From NCBI GenBank assembly GCA_051530055.1, contig CM121342.1:3843489-3907488 (forward strand): a stretch of DNA of 64,000 nucleotides, written 5' to 3'. Both the position numbers and the translations under genes were made by a program. Origin of the DNA: Neoechinorhynchus agilis (Eukaryota; Animalia; Acanthocephala). The first letter of the stretch is position 1. Every line of letters begins with the position of its first letter. The notes under the pieces were generated by a model, which ran no database searches, was not told where the DNA came from, and saw only the letters and a list, made by a program, of their open reading frames with translations. Below are positions 22,970 to 36,672 of this stretch, piece after piece.

Positions 22970-25848
22970 ATGAGCTTAAATAACGACATTTCAAGAGAAA
23001 ATAGTGTTAATGAATCCGAAGGCCTCTTTTATGTGTCGACTATAGATGATTGGGAAAAAGAAGGGGAAGGTCTCAGTGCCCACATAGTCTATATTATACG
23101 AACTAAGGCAAATATTTCCTACAAAATGTTTGATTTATCTAATCTAGAATTTCTTAAGGAATATGTGAATGGTGAGGAAGTCGCCAGCTATAATACTAAA
23201 CGAAGATTCAATAATTTCGTTAGTATGCATGATAAACTGATAGAAAAGCTTGGGCGGAAAGGGTACTTCATTCCACCACAGCCAGAAAAGAACTTTATTG
23301 GTATGGAATACTTTATGTTTTAATTTATAGCGAATTGTCGATCGAAATTATAGGAGCTACAAGAGCGGCTATGACCGTAACCAATAAAGATGTGGATCCT
23401 ACGTCCAGAGCTTTCATTGAAAAACGTATATTGGTATTGGAAAGGTATTAGAATTTTTTTATCAATCGTTGATTCTTTTTTTCAAACAATTGAAATTTAT
23501 CAGTCGCAGAAAAAAAACGAATTTATAAGCAATCTACTTTTTATATACCAGGAAACGAAGTTTAAACCCGTTAGATTGAAATTTGAATCTCGTATTTTGC
23601 TCGCTAACCATCACATTCAAATGCGATTGTTTTTTTATAAAAACCTCCACACTTATTATTTAGATATTTGAACAGACTTGGCGCTCATGAAGTCATTAAC
23701 AAAGACATAAACTTCATCGAATTTGTCAAAAGTGAATTTGAATATGTGCAGGGAGCTGTACTTAGTACTGAAGACGATCTCGGTTTTATGAACTTTCCAC
23801 GAAAATGCCATTTTAGACCATATTTTTTAGTTAAATTACATGCATCAAAGACAGCAAAAATCCTTCCATCGATCACCGCTCCACTTCATTTATTGACAAA
23901 AACCACGGGATTGATGGCCGGTATTATTTTTGGATCAAGGTCTAACAAAATCGAAAGTGACGATGACAATGAAGTAGGTGCAAGATTGTTTATCTTTAAA
24001 TTTTACCTAAATATTCAAGTTCTTTTTGGAACTTGCCAGTGAGGCTTCTGTATTTACGGATACTTTCAAAACAATGATCAGAGTTATTCATGGTCTTTGT
24101 AATGATCGAAAAGGTAACTCTTTATGGACTTCTTCATTCGAATTTTTAAATTTAAAATATCGCAGTGTTTATTATTGAAATGTCCTCAAAAGCATCTAGA
24201 TTTTTTTCGGAATAAAAAACCAAGATTACTTCGATTTGAAAAAAATAAAGATCAGTCTTTGTAATAATCTAAAAGGTAACTCTTTATGGACTTCTTCATT
24301 CGAATTTTTAAATTTAAAATATCGCAGTGTTTATTATTGAAATGTCCTCAAAGGCACCTAGACCTTTTTCAGAATAAAAAACAAAGATTAGATCGATTTG
24401 AAAAAAAATAAAAATCAGAGTTATTCATGGTCTTTGTAGTGATCGAAAAGGTAACTCTTTATGGACTTCTTCATTCGAATTTTTAAATTTAAAATATCGC
24501 AGTGTTTATTATTGAAATGTCCTCAAAAGCATCTAGACCTTTTTCAGAATAAAAAACAAAGATTAGATCGATTTGAAAAAAAATAAAAATCAGAATTATT
24601 CATGGTCTTTGTAATAATCGAAAAGGTAACTCTTTATGGACTTCTTCATGCGAATTTTTAAATTTAAAATATCGCAGTGTTTGTTGTTGAAATGTCCTCA
24701 AAGGCACCTAGACCTTTTTCAGAATAAAAAACAAAGATTAGCTCGATTTTTAAAAAATAAAAATCAGAATTATTCATGGTCTTTGTAATAATCTAAAAGG
24801 TAACTCTTTATGGAGTTTTTCATTCGAATTTTTAAATTTAAAATATCGCAGTGTTTATTATTGAAATGTCATCAAGGGCACCTAGACCTTTTTCAGAATA
24901 AAAAACAAAGATTAGATCGATTTGAAAAAAAATAAAAATCAGAGTTATTCATGGTCTTTGTAATAATCGAAAAGGTAACTCTTTATGGAGTTTTTCATTC
25001 GAATTTTTAAATTTAAAATATCGCAGTGTTTGTTGTTGAAATGTCCTCAAAGGCACCTAGACCTTTTTCAGAATAAAAAACAAAGATTAGCTCGATTTAA
25101 AAAAAATAACGGGCAATAATTTAGACATCCAGAATGAATGTGTCTATTGATGGTTTATAAACACAAAGGTTTTTTTTCAATTTAAATCATTAAAAATAAG
25201 AGTTAATTTGTAACTTTTTGTCGTTTAGAATACATCCACTCAGTAACCAAATTTGCGTTATCATTACAAATGCTGTCCAATGCCGAGAACAATGTTTCTC
25301 TCAGTCACGGTTTGGAGCTTCTGGCTCATGCATTCGATCTTCTGGTTAAAGAGAATAACGCCTTGCTTGAAACTGAACAGAACATTCTACTTTCTTATGC
25401 AAAGGATTATGTTGGATATTATAACAATATTCAGGTATCAAATTAAAGTATAGAATAGTTTAGAAAAAAAAGTGAAATAGTTTACTCTTGACGAAAGGAG
25501 CCATCTCAGGCACGTTGTTTGTGATCCGAAGCGATTGAAAAAGTGGCGGACTACAGTTGAAGCGTCAATGAAAAAACACGATATTGACAATGAAAGCAAT
25601 CAATTGACAGAATTGGATCCTTTAACTCAATTAGAATCCTTATCGAAGACGATTGAACGGGAAAAAGAATTGTTTAATGTTCAAAGAAGGGAAGATTTCC
25701 GACGCGCAATGACTTCTTATCTCGAAGCATATAAAGCCTTCTATCAAAATGTTTGTTCTCGCAATTTCTTAACGCTAAAACTCATTTATTTTAGATGCAA
25801 AATGTATGGCAAATGCTTCAGAGTTCTCTTCACTTGGAGAGCAGATGA
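22970..25848 (+). CDS. Sorting nexin with PX and BAR domains (SNX1/SNX2-like), ~9 exons
   Basis: PX motifs KRRFNNF and FIPPQPEKNFIG, FIEKRILVLERYLNRL, BAR helices FALSLQMLSNAE..LSHGLELLA and REDFRRAMTSYLE. GT-AG introns of ~45-55 nt, plus one 1.1-kb intron (24115-25228) and a probable GC-AG intron (23108-23158). Confidence 0.85.
24085..25105. repeat. Tandem array, ~170-bp unit, ~6 copies, in the sorting nexin intron; each unit copies the exon end and donor site
   Basis: CATGGTCTTTGTAATGATCGAAAAG|GTAACTC recurs about every 170 bp. Confidence 0.93.
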
Positions 25849-26388
25849 GATCGCTAAAAATAAAGGAGTCGATGAAAATTAGTGCTTTTAATTCAGTCTT
25901 CTTGTTGTTGATGATGGGTGGGGCATTCGACTATTGCTAATATTCATAGCCATTTAAAGGTCTTCTACAAACCGAATTCGAAAAATTAAGCTTTTTAAAA
26001 CAAAAGCAGGAATAAAATGAAACGACAACAATTTGGATTTAAACGAAGATACGATAAATTACCGATTTTTTGTATTAAAATCGTAAAAGGAAATGCATTT
26101 CAATTAAAAAATAATAATCTCTAACCTATGAACATGTTTTATTTGGATACAGGGATCATTCTTTTTTTTGTCTGAATTTCTACATTTGTTATCGGCATCC
26201 AAAATTTGATAGAAAAAAAAAGAAATTTGTATTACTTTAAAAATCCCATTTTCGTCTTCATCCATTTTTTTTATTTCAAAACACTAATCGTTTCTCTTTC
26301 AAAAAGTATAAATTATCCTGTGGCGACCCCCACACTGAAACAATTCTCATAGCCATTTCTGTATACCTTTCACTCACTATCGCGTCTT

Positions 26389-29300
26389 TTAGATCAACAA
26401 TGAATCCATTTTCTCAAGTCCTTCACAATCGCTATTGGTACTACTCATTCGTTCCCTTCTAATCTTACTGGCGGTAGTTGCAATAAAACCAGGAGATGTC
26501 TCTAATGCCTCGGACAAGGTTCTACCAGGATTACAGTTCTTGGGTCGATCCCGATGGGTATTAACAGCATCAACTCCTAGTTGAATTGTGTCTACTTGGC
26601 ACCCGTAAGCTACTGGTGTTAATTTTATTAGACAATGAAGAGGAACGTTGATGTATGGAAGAGCTTCTGAATTTACATTAGTAAAATAGGCGAAAATACA
26701 CCTCGCAACCGCATGATGGGTCACCACCAGCACATTTTCTGCTCTTTCCAACTCCATGATAACCGGTTCGAGGCGTAAAACGAGATCTTCATAGGATTCA
26801 CCGTTTGGATATCGATAATGAAATTTATCAGCGTCGCGTTGAGCGAGTTCTTCACGGTACGTCTCTGCCATTTCCTTATAAGACATGCCTTGAAACAGAC
26901 CGGCGTTCAATTCGTTCAAAGCTTGCCAAGTCTCTTTAGGAGCATTAATGTGCGATACAGTCTGTTTGGCACTATCAACTTCACTGGTCCATATCACAAG
27001 GTCGTTTATGTTTTCGCCCGCAAAGTAATCTCCTAACCGATGAGCATATTCTTTCCCCCGATCAGACAGATTTGTGTGATAGCCAAGCTTATATTCCTGC
27101 TCACCAATTGTTTCGCTTGACTATTGATTTCAAAAAATGTTTTTCTCACAAATCGAAATTGAGCGATCTTACCCGTGTGAGGTAGATTGTCCTTGGGAGA
27201 ACGTGAATATTCATAAAGAAGTAAACAACCCGCGATGGAACATGACCTATTTCTTGTTTGAAGTCGTTTAAATAAAATTTATCTTACCTGTAATACGATT
27301 TACGAAAAAACTTTCACCCACGTCGTACATCTTTAGAAAACTTTTATCTTCATCGTAAACTTCATCGAGCGGTTCGTAGGACTTCTCATATTTCCTAATA
27401 CGCTCTGTAAAGTCCCGAATTGCGTCTCCCTCGTTCTTGTTCCGATAATCAGGCGAATGAACCTTTACTGCCTAAAGTTAGAGGAAAAAATCGTGGACGA
27501 AAATTGACTTGAGAATCTTGAAAATCAAACGGAAAAGTAATATTGGAAAATGTGCCGAAAAACGAAATAGTTCGAAATTTAAGTCTAAAATTAATGACCC
27601 AATAAATCTTTACTTTTCAATTCCTTGAAGGAACTGAATCGACTATGTGAATCTTGCGTTAAAAAGTACATCATGCAAACGAAACATCAACAATAGAAAA
27701 TCAAAATTTTTGGAATGATAGATTTGATGGGGCCTCGAAAAATATTTCGATCCAGGCGGTTATGATAAAAATCGTTAGCTCCCTTACCTAATTCTCTTCA
27801 GACTAAAGAATATCCTTTTTATTTGTTGATAGGAGAAAATAAATGAAATTAAGATTTTATTTGATATTTCGATCCACTATCTCGGATCTTCTTCAGCGAT
27901 TGTTTGCAAATTTTTACGACTAAAAACTTGCAAACAATCGCTGAAGAAGATCCGAGATAGTGGATCGAATTATCCAATAAAATCTTAATTTCATTTATTT
28001 TCTCCTATCAACAAATAACAATGAATTATCTTTTCAACAATATCCTTTTTGAAAAAAATTTCTAAAAGTTTTAAAACATCTTCTCACGAAATATTTCGAT
28101 TCAAGCGGTCATGATAAAAATCGTTAGCCCCCTCCTCTATTTCTCTTCAGACTAAAGAATATCCTTTAAATTTCTAAAAGTTTTCAAACATCTTCTCACG
28201 AAATATTTCGATTCAAGCGGTCATGATAAAAATCGTTAGCCCCCTCCTCAATTTCTCTTCAGACTAAAGAATATCCTTTTTGAAAAAAATTTCTAAAAGT
28301 TTTAAAACATCTTCTCACGAAATATTTCGATTCAAGCGGTCATGATAAAAATCGTTAGCCCCCTCCTCTATTTCTCTTCAGACTAAAGAATATCCTTTTT
28401 GAAAAAAATTTCTAAAAGTTTTAAAACATCTTCTCACGAAATATTTCGATTCAAGCGGTCATGATAAAAATCGTTAGCCCCTCCTCTATTTCTCTTCAGA
28501 CTAAAGAATATCCTTTAAATTTCTAAAAGTTTTCAAACATCTTCTCACGAAATATTTCGATTCAAGCGGTCATGATAAAAATCGTTAGCCCCCTCCTCAA
28601 TTTCTCTTCAGACTAAAGAATATCCTTTTTGAAAAAATTCTAAAAGTTTTAAAACATCTTCTCACGAAATATTTCGATTCAAGCGGTCATGATAAAAATC
28701 GTTAGCCCCCTCCTCAATTTCTCTTCAGACTAAAGAATATCCTTTTTGAAAAAAATTTCTAAAAGTTTTAAAACATCTTCTCACGAAATATATTGATTCA
28801 AGCGGTCATGATAAAAATCGTTAGCCCCCTCCTCTATTTCTTTTCAGACTAAAGAATATCCTTTTTGAAAAAAAAATTCTAAAAGTTTTAAAACATCTTC
28901 TCACGAAACATTTCGATTCAGGCGGTCATGATAAAAATCGTTAGCCCCCTCCTCTATTTCTCTTCAGACTAAAGAATATCCTTTTTGAAAAAAAGTTTTA
29001 AACCGGCTTACCTTAATGTTACTCTTGATAACATTCTCGTCTCGACAAATGGATTCAACAAACATTAATCTAAAGCAGAACTCCCGAGTGCACTTTTGAA
29101 CGATTAGATCCCTTCTGCTCCTTGTTGAATTGGTAGCGTCAAAGATCCCTACTTGTCCATAGTTCATGAGCCATGTGCACATATCGTCGAGAGCGCTCAG
29201 AGCCAATTGGTTTCGTATATTGACAGCGGACTCGTTTTCATTATCGAAGAATTCATAATCTTGATTATCTGAGACGGCTGCAAGTCTTCGGTATTCACCA

Positions 29301-30152
29301 ACATTAAAAACTCTGGTTTCAACACCGATCCAATTGAGGTATCGAGCCAACTTTTTCGCCATATACGTTTTCCCTCGAGCTGGGAGTCCGACCATTACAA
29401 TAACCGTTTGGTTTCCTCGGCATACATTTCCATGACCTAATTTTGAGCATGTAGCATTAATTAATTTATTGATTGATTTATCAATGAAAAAGTCAAAGAT
29501 TGAGATATCAGCGTCCTCGATAGCTGGCATTGAGTGCATTATAGTTGCGTAAGATGTTCTTCGTTGAAGTTATGAGAAAAGAAGGCACATTTGTCGCCAT
29601 AATATTTTGTATGAGAACCAGAAAAAAACGGAGCTTGGCATAATGTGAATGCATGTGGTGCAATGCGTTTTGCAGCCGGAACAATGATTATACCGAGCGA
29701 GAGAAACGTATCTAGGACTATTTCGTCTTTTCGTGACAGATAATCAAGACCTCTTGGGTGCAATGGATCCGATTTCATCCCAGAATTCTAATTTTAACCA
29801 AAAAAAAGAATTTTATTGAATTTTGACTTGTATGTAGTGGTGAATATTAAAAGCGAAATATTTCGAAAAAGAGGAAACCTCGCTTTATCAATCAAATTGT
29901 TTGCAAGTGTTTAAAAAGTTTCGCAAGGTTTCATCTCCCCGTTAAAAATTTGCCATCCCGATGGAAGTTTTCTCGGTTATGAAATCGAAGGCACGATCAC
30001 GAAATACCGCGGAATATGAGTCCAGCGTCCTAGGGATACGTGGGTCCGCGGACTTACACAATAAATGTAACCGGCATAAATATTTTTGTTTGTTGATGAT
30101 AAACAAACTTGACCTGCCTTTTAGAGCTCAAGTCCGAAGAGACGTTTCTCAT
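26389..30152 (-). CDS. PFKFB: 6-phosphofructo-2-kinase/fructose-2,6-bisphosphatase; phosphatase domain predicted inactive
   Basis: MVGLPARGKTY, FNVGEYRR, FDATNSTR, SPDY, YRYPNGESYEDLVLRLEPVIMELER. GT-AG introns include 29011-27472, 27287-27249 and 27172-27121. The start at 30152 is tentative. Confidence 0.93.
27820..28020. mobile_element. Foldback/MITE-like palindrome, ~90-bp arms and ~18-nt spacer, inside the PFKFB intron
   Basis: TTATTTGTTGATAGGAG..CAGCGATTGTTTGCAA is mirrored by TTGCAAACAATCGCTG..CTCCTATCAACAAATAA. Confidence 0.85.
28040..28995. repeat. Tandem array, ~110-120-bp unit, ~8 copies, in the PFKFB intron; a diverged unit sits at ~27740-27820
   Basis: CGATTCAAGCGGTCATGATAAAAATCGTTAGCCCC recurs periodically. 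Confidence 0.95.
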
Positions 30153-31464
30153 CTCCAAACATTCATTGAATCACGACTAAAGACCTTTTAAGGATGTAAA
30201 AATGACTTTTCTTCAATGAAAACCGAGTCTTTCCCAAATGAGACATATTTGAGACTGTTTAAAAACCCATTTAGTTTTATAGAATGTTAACTTGTTCGGT
30301 ATGAAAAAATTGCGGACTATTTTTAAGGAATAAAATTAGAAAAAGATCCGTGCATCTAAACTTACAGTCACTTATATCGATGCTCCAATGCATGCTATAA
30401 CGAACGCGAGATAAAATTCCCAATCCGTTTCCTTTTTGCTTACAAAGAAAAACTACTCACCCATGACTCGCTCTCGTCTGCAAAAATGTTGAGATGCATG
30501 ATTAGATCTCATCGAGAATAACGGACAGCCAAGAACTTGAATGTTTCGATCGATTTTCACAGCAATATGATGACGGTCTTCTAATTTGTGGCGGTCTCCT
30601 GAAATACGAAATCGAATGTAATAGCGATAGAGCTTTAATTTAAACGGAGAAAGGCTAGACGGCATCCATCGAACAAAGAGCATTCAAGAATGCTGAAGTT
30701 CTGCTACGTCTCTCGAAACGTAGAAGCGTTTCCAGCCAGGAAAGCAAAATAAAACGACAATGATTTGCGGAGGTGGTGGTGGTGGCGACAGTACACTTAA
30801 GTTTGCTTCGCATATTTTAATGTTTGGATTGGGAAATGACAGTAATCACGACAAGAAGCCTTATTTTCGAACTTTGAAATGCGAACAAGCGAGGTTGGTT
30901 CGTAGCCATCGTCAAGGGAGATGTTTTTGTCAAATATCTTAGGCTGTGATTGTTTTTTAATTTCTTAAAAATGGTCCATGATAAAATTTTTTTCTTTATG
31001 TTAGCCATAAAATACAATGAGATTCTTGAATAGAAATTTTTATAGAAGTTTGCACAGCACTTCTAGTACCAGAAATTTTCCCTCGAAATCCAATTCGGGA
31101 TTTTTGACTTGTGGTGAAGATATTCACCCGGTTTGAAATCGTTTTTTATTGTAATGAAATGTTTCTAAAGAGGAAACTTCGCCTCATCAATCATTGTTTC
31201 TAAGTTTTTAAATAACCGAGTGATGGATTTTCTCGATGTGTTCAAATTCAAAATGTTCTAATTATTCGGAAAATAATGCAAAGCGAGTATATTAAATTCA
31301 TTTGATGTGAAATACTCAAAGGAAATTTTTGATTCAAATATACCTTAAAATATTGCCAGGACGACAATTTTTCAAATACGTTTTATTTAAGTCTCATTAC
31401 TTTCGTTCGGTTATCATTGTATCGCCGCTTACTTAACATCGATGTAGTTTCTCAATTAAAAAAT

Positions 31465-31720
31465 TCCAGATTTATTATCGAACGAAAAATGGGTGTTTTA
31501 TTTATTTCTTGCTTCAAATTTTCGACGTCTTGCGTCTTCGTCAGGAAGCTTTTCTTCGGTTATCTGAAAAGGAATCAGAGGAGGGCAACGCTGTCCGTCA
31601 GCTCATCCCTCCTTTTCAGATAACCGAAGAAAAGCTTCCTGACGAAGACGCAAGGCGTCGAAATTTTGAAGTAAGAAATAAAAAAAACACTTATTTTTCG
31701 TTCGATAATAAATCTGGAAT
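31465..31720. mobile_element. Long palindrome (foldback/MITE-like), ~110-bp arms and ~35-nt loop
   Basis: TCCAGATTTATTATCGAACG..CGGTTATCTGAAAAGG is mirrored by CCTTTTCAGATAACCG..CGTTCGATAATAAATCTGGA. Confidence 0.88.
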
Positions 31721-32439
31721 AAAACATGAGGGTGTTGGGAAAAGAGGCTTTCCATAATATCAATTTAAAAAAATTGTGCGAAATTAATTTTCTTGAAATT
31801 ACTTTGGTATATAAATGAAACCTCTCATCATTTTCGCAAAGGAAGATCCTATAAAAAGTAACTGAAATTTAAAGACCGAGCCAAATAGTCTTTGAATCCT
31901 ATACAACAAAACCGATAAAATTGCTTGCTTAATAGGATGTTTTATGTTTCGCAAGTACGTTTTTGTAAGACAAAAATATTTTTCTCCCTAAAAACAATTA
32001 CTTGACATCACACCTTGAACGCTGATTTTGAACAACAAAAACAGTGTTTTTTTAACAATGAGTAAACGCCGAATTAAAATTCGTTTGCATAAGAGGCCAC
32101 TTCTGGGATGTAACAATTTAAATTTTTGATTTTTGTAAATCTCTCAAACGTAGTTATTTGAGTGCCGCACTTTCATAAGTTCATGGTTGTGCCCCTTGTG
32201 TGGAATTTTTCTACATTCCAGGAAAAATAAAAACCGAAATTTTTGTCGGATTTTCACCATTAGATGAACGAGTACTTCTAAATTGTTTTTAATAAAAAAA
32301 TCAGTCCAAGGAGTACTCGTACGAGAACATCTTCAACTTACAAGACCGACCCGAAACATGTTCAATAGGCTACAAGGCTGTAAGATTTTTAAAACAGAGT
32401 AGAATAGCAAGACTGTTTTTATACAATTTTTAGCAACAA

Positions 32440-34208
32440 AAGTCAACATTAAATCCGCTAAGATTAAAAATCGAATAGAAAAATGGTGGCGGCCATTCCG
32501 TTTTTGAGAACTAATGGATATGGAACTAATGTTAAAGAATAGTCTTTTTCAGCGATATTCATTCAAAAAAAAGGAGAAATCATTGACGTTTTATTTAGGA
32601 AAAGTATAGTTTTGAATCTCCATAGATTAAAAATCGAATAGAAAGATGGTGGCGGCTAATCCGTTTTTGAGAACTAATGGATATGGAATTAATGTTAAAG
32701 AATAGTCTTTTTCAGCGATATTCATTCAAAAAAAGGAGAAATCTTTGACGGTTTATTTGGGAAAAGTATAGTTTTGAATCTCCATAGATTAAAAATCGAA
32801 TAGAAAGATGGTGGCGGCTAATCCGTTTTTGAGAACTAATGGATATGGAATTAATGTTAAAGAATAGTCTTTTTCAGCGATATTCATTCAAAAAAAAGGA
32901 GAAATCATTGACGGTTTATTTGGGAAAAGTATAGTTTTGAATCTCCATAGATTAAAAATCGAATAGAAAGATGGTGGCGGCTAATCCGTTTTTGAGAACT
33001 AATGGATATGGAACTAATGTTAAAGAATAGTCTTTTTCAGCGATATTCATTCAAAAAAAGGAGAAATCTTTGACGGTTTATTTAGGAAAAGTATAGTTTT
33101 GAATCTCCATAGATTAAAAATCGAATAGAAAGATGGTGGCGGCTAATCCGTTTTTGAGAACTTGGATATGGAACTAATGTTAAAGAATAGTCTTTTTCAG
33201 CGATATTCATTCAAAAAAAGAAATCTTTGACGGTTTATTTGGGAAAAGTATAGTTTTGAATCTCCATAGATTAAAAATCGAATAGAAAGATGGTGGCGGC
33301 TAATCCGTTTTTGAGAACTAATGGATATGGAATTAATGTTAAAGAATAGTCTTTTTCAGCGATATTCATTCAAAAAAGGAGAAATCTTTGACGGTTTATT
33401 TGGGAAAAGTATAGTTTTGAATCTCCATAGATTAAAAATCGAATAGAAAGATGTGCGGCTAATCGTTTGAAACTAATGGATATGAATAATGTTAAAAATA
33501 GTCTTTCAGCGATATTCATTAAAAAAATCTTTGACGGTTATTTGGGAAAAGTATAGTTTTGAATCTCCATAGATTAAAAATCGAATAGAAAGATGGTGGC
33601 GGCTAATCCGTTTTTGAGAACTAATGGATATGGAATTAATGTTAAAGAATAGTCTTTTTCAGCGATATTCATTCAAAAAAAGGAGAAATCTTTGACGGTT
33701 TATTTAGGAAAAGTATAGTTTTGAATCTCCATAGATTAAAAATCGAATAGAAAGATGGTGGCGGCTAATCCGTTTTTGAGAACTAATGGATATGGAATTA
33801 ATGTTAAAGAATAGTCTTTTTCAGCGATATTCATTCAAAAAAAGGAGAAATCTTTGACGGTTTATTTGGGAAAAGTATAGTTTTGAATCTCCATAGATTA
33901 AAAATCGAATAGAAAGATGGTGGCGGCTAATCCGTTTTTGAGAACTAATGGATATGGAACTAATGTTAAAGAATAGTCTTTTTCAGCGATATTCATTCAA
34001 AGGAGAAATCGGTTTATTTAGGAAAAGTATAGTTTTGAATCTCCATAGATTAAAAATCGAATAGAAAGATGGTGGCGGCTAATCCGTTTTTGAGAACTAA
34101 TGGATATGGAATTAATGTTGAAGAATAGTCTTTTTCAGCGATATTCATTCAAAAAAAGGAGAAATCATTGACGGTTTATTTGGGAAAAGTATAGTTTTGA
34201 ATCTCCAT
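32440..34208. repeat. Tandem array, ~178-bp unit, ~10 copies
   Basis: AGATTAAAAATCGAATAGAAAGATGGTGGCGGCTAATCCG recurs about every 178 bp. One copy near 33.45 kb has many small deletions. Confidence 0.97.
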
Positions 34209-36672
34209 TTAATAAAGCGGCATTTTTTTGCCGTTGTATGGCTATAAATACGAAAACGGAAACTTCATTTTTCACTCAAAAGCCTTAATGTTCAAAGCAT
34301 TAAAGAAGTATTTGGCAAGTACGACATGCGATAAAAAAACCGTAAATTAAACACTGAAAAAGAGTCTAAATCGCAAATCACTCATTTGATTCTCTTACCC
34401 GAACACATTAAATCGGTTTTTCCCATTTATTTTATCAAAGCGTTGCGAGATAAGGGAAGGTCGAAAAAGATGAAGGATTAATGTGGCAATACTTCGTTTT
34501 GTAGTGTTTGCCTCCCCCACTCGATCATTCGAGCGTTTCAGACATTTCGAGTGTCACAAAGTCTGTCCACAGTACTTTTTATTTGGATGTATAAAAAAAA
34601 CTTACCACAAGTGGCTCACCTGTACAATACCACGATGAAGAATACCTTTCGAATGAAGCTCGGATGGTTTGTACCCATTATGAGAGCGAAACCTATTTAT
34701 CACATCAAGACTTGTCTGTGGATGATATCTTCTATATGAAACCTGGTTATCTTGTCTGTATTTCGTATGTTTTCGCTCGTATTAAAACGATTTTAAAGTT
34801 TGAAATCGTTCTTTGGTGGAAAATTTAAATGATTTATTGAGCCAGTTTTGTTTTCATCATTAAATTTTAGTTTGTGTCTTCTTGTCCGACTTTGTGCCGA
34901 AATATCGGATTAATTAAATTCTTTTAATTTTAAACAATTGAAAAAAAATTGAACTTAATGTTTACGAGTGCTTTCACAATGAACAAAACGCGAAAGATGA
35001 GATTAGCTTTGTGTCTAGTATTCGTGATTACAATCTTCAGAATACGAACTTATTATAATAATAACAAGTTTTATTATTGAACGAAGAGTTCTCGTGAACA
35101 TTCTAACTCACGAATTGGACAAAAGGACAAATTAGGCAATGTGAATGGTGGATGAAGAGCTTTAAAAAACGCCTGAAATACGAAAATTGCTTTATTACTT
35201 AAAAATAAACTGCTATTTTCTATTTCCTTCGCCCTTGTTGTTGCTGCTGAACTAACTCACTTTCGTTCAATCAAAGCAACAACTTGACTTTATTTTATAA
35301 AAATGTATTACCACCTTTCAAAAATTTCAATTGTGAGATCTTTAATTGTTGTCATTTATCCTTTTGAAAGGATGTGGCTGTTGATTTCGGAGTGTACTAC
35401 GGGTGCGGTCGAATGGGGGGGGGAAGTTGGTAGGAGAGTTTGTGCTATTGGGTATTGACGTTCATTTGGGGTTTGAGAAGATTGAGTTTTTCCTCTGGTT
35501 CATTTTGGATTTTAATTTTTTTAATTCAGTGAATTCATGCAGATGTGTGTTTTACTAGCTGCTCAAGTCGATTTCCAATCATAAATACTACCAAAATAAA
35601 ATGTATCTATGATTTTGGTTAAAATACTCTCGGTCATAACCTATATTTGAAACCTCGCCTCATCAGTCATCTAAAAATTAATATGTTTTTCTTATTCAGG
35701 TTTTGAGCTCGAGTGCGCGGGATCGCCAAACCCGAAGTTCAGGGAATGATAAAATGTATCTGACTAATTGTAAATTCGTACAAAGTCGATAAACTGATTT
35801 CTTTGATGGCTTAAACAATTAAATGGCCATTTCTCAATAGATTGTAAGTATTTCCATTGTCACACCATTTATATGGAATTGTCTGAGGAAAATTATAACC
35901 GAGGAGAATAAATATAGTAAATTGGAGAGTTATGGACATCAGTTCGACAAAAACAACAGATTTGCTCAACAAAGTTGGACGAACTTTCTACGCTGTCTTT
36001 GTAGATTCGCTCAGAACGCCGCAGGACGACGAAAGCTTGAAACACTTTCATAAAATGTTAATTAATTTTTTTTATCAATTATGCTGCTCAAAAACCAAGT
36101 ATCATTTTGACAAGAGAATTCAACAAAGTTACAAATTATTTTGAAGTGATACAGCGGTAGATTAGTTGTTTTTTTTTCGTTCAAAAAGCAAGACGCTGAT
36201 ACCATTTTATCTCATTATCAAGCATTTTTGAATTCCGATTTACTTTACGTCCACACACAAAAGCGAACAGATTTCGTGCAAATGAATTTTGACGATATTG
36301 ACTAATAAAACGATTTATAGTTAATCAGAGCGCTTGAAATAGATTGACGAATCACCCCTTGTTTTTCTGTATTTCATTTCAATACAATCTTCTTAATAAT
36401 TGAATTAAGAATCGATTTTGTTTAATACGTTTGTTTTTCTGATGATTTTGTTGTTTCGATAGGATGGTAAGTTTCAAATGAGCTCTACTTTGTTCGAAAC
36501 CGTCACCATTAAGAATATGACGATAAATAATCGCTTAATGATGCTCTTAACTCACAACCTGAATTGAGTGGCAAAATTTTCAAACATTGACCGTATCGAT
36601 TTTTTGGCGTGCAGTTTAAAACGCGCAAAATTGTACCGAAATTTCGAATACTAAAATCGGGCTAGCATTGTA

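Noticed and set aside
34480-34800. Possible short gene after the 178-bp array
   Set aside because: Several short frames are open, none is recognisable, and no supported exon structure was found.
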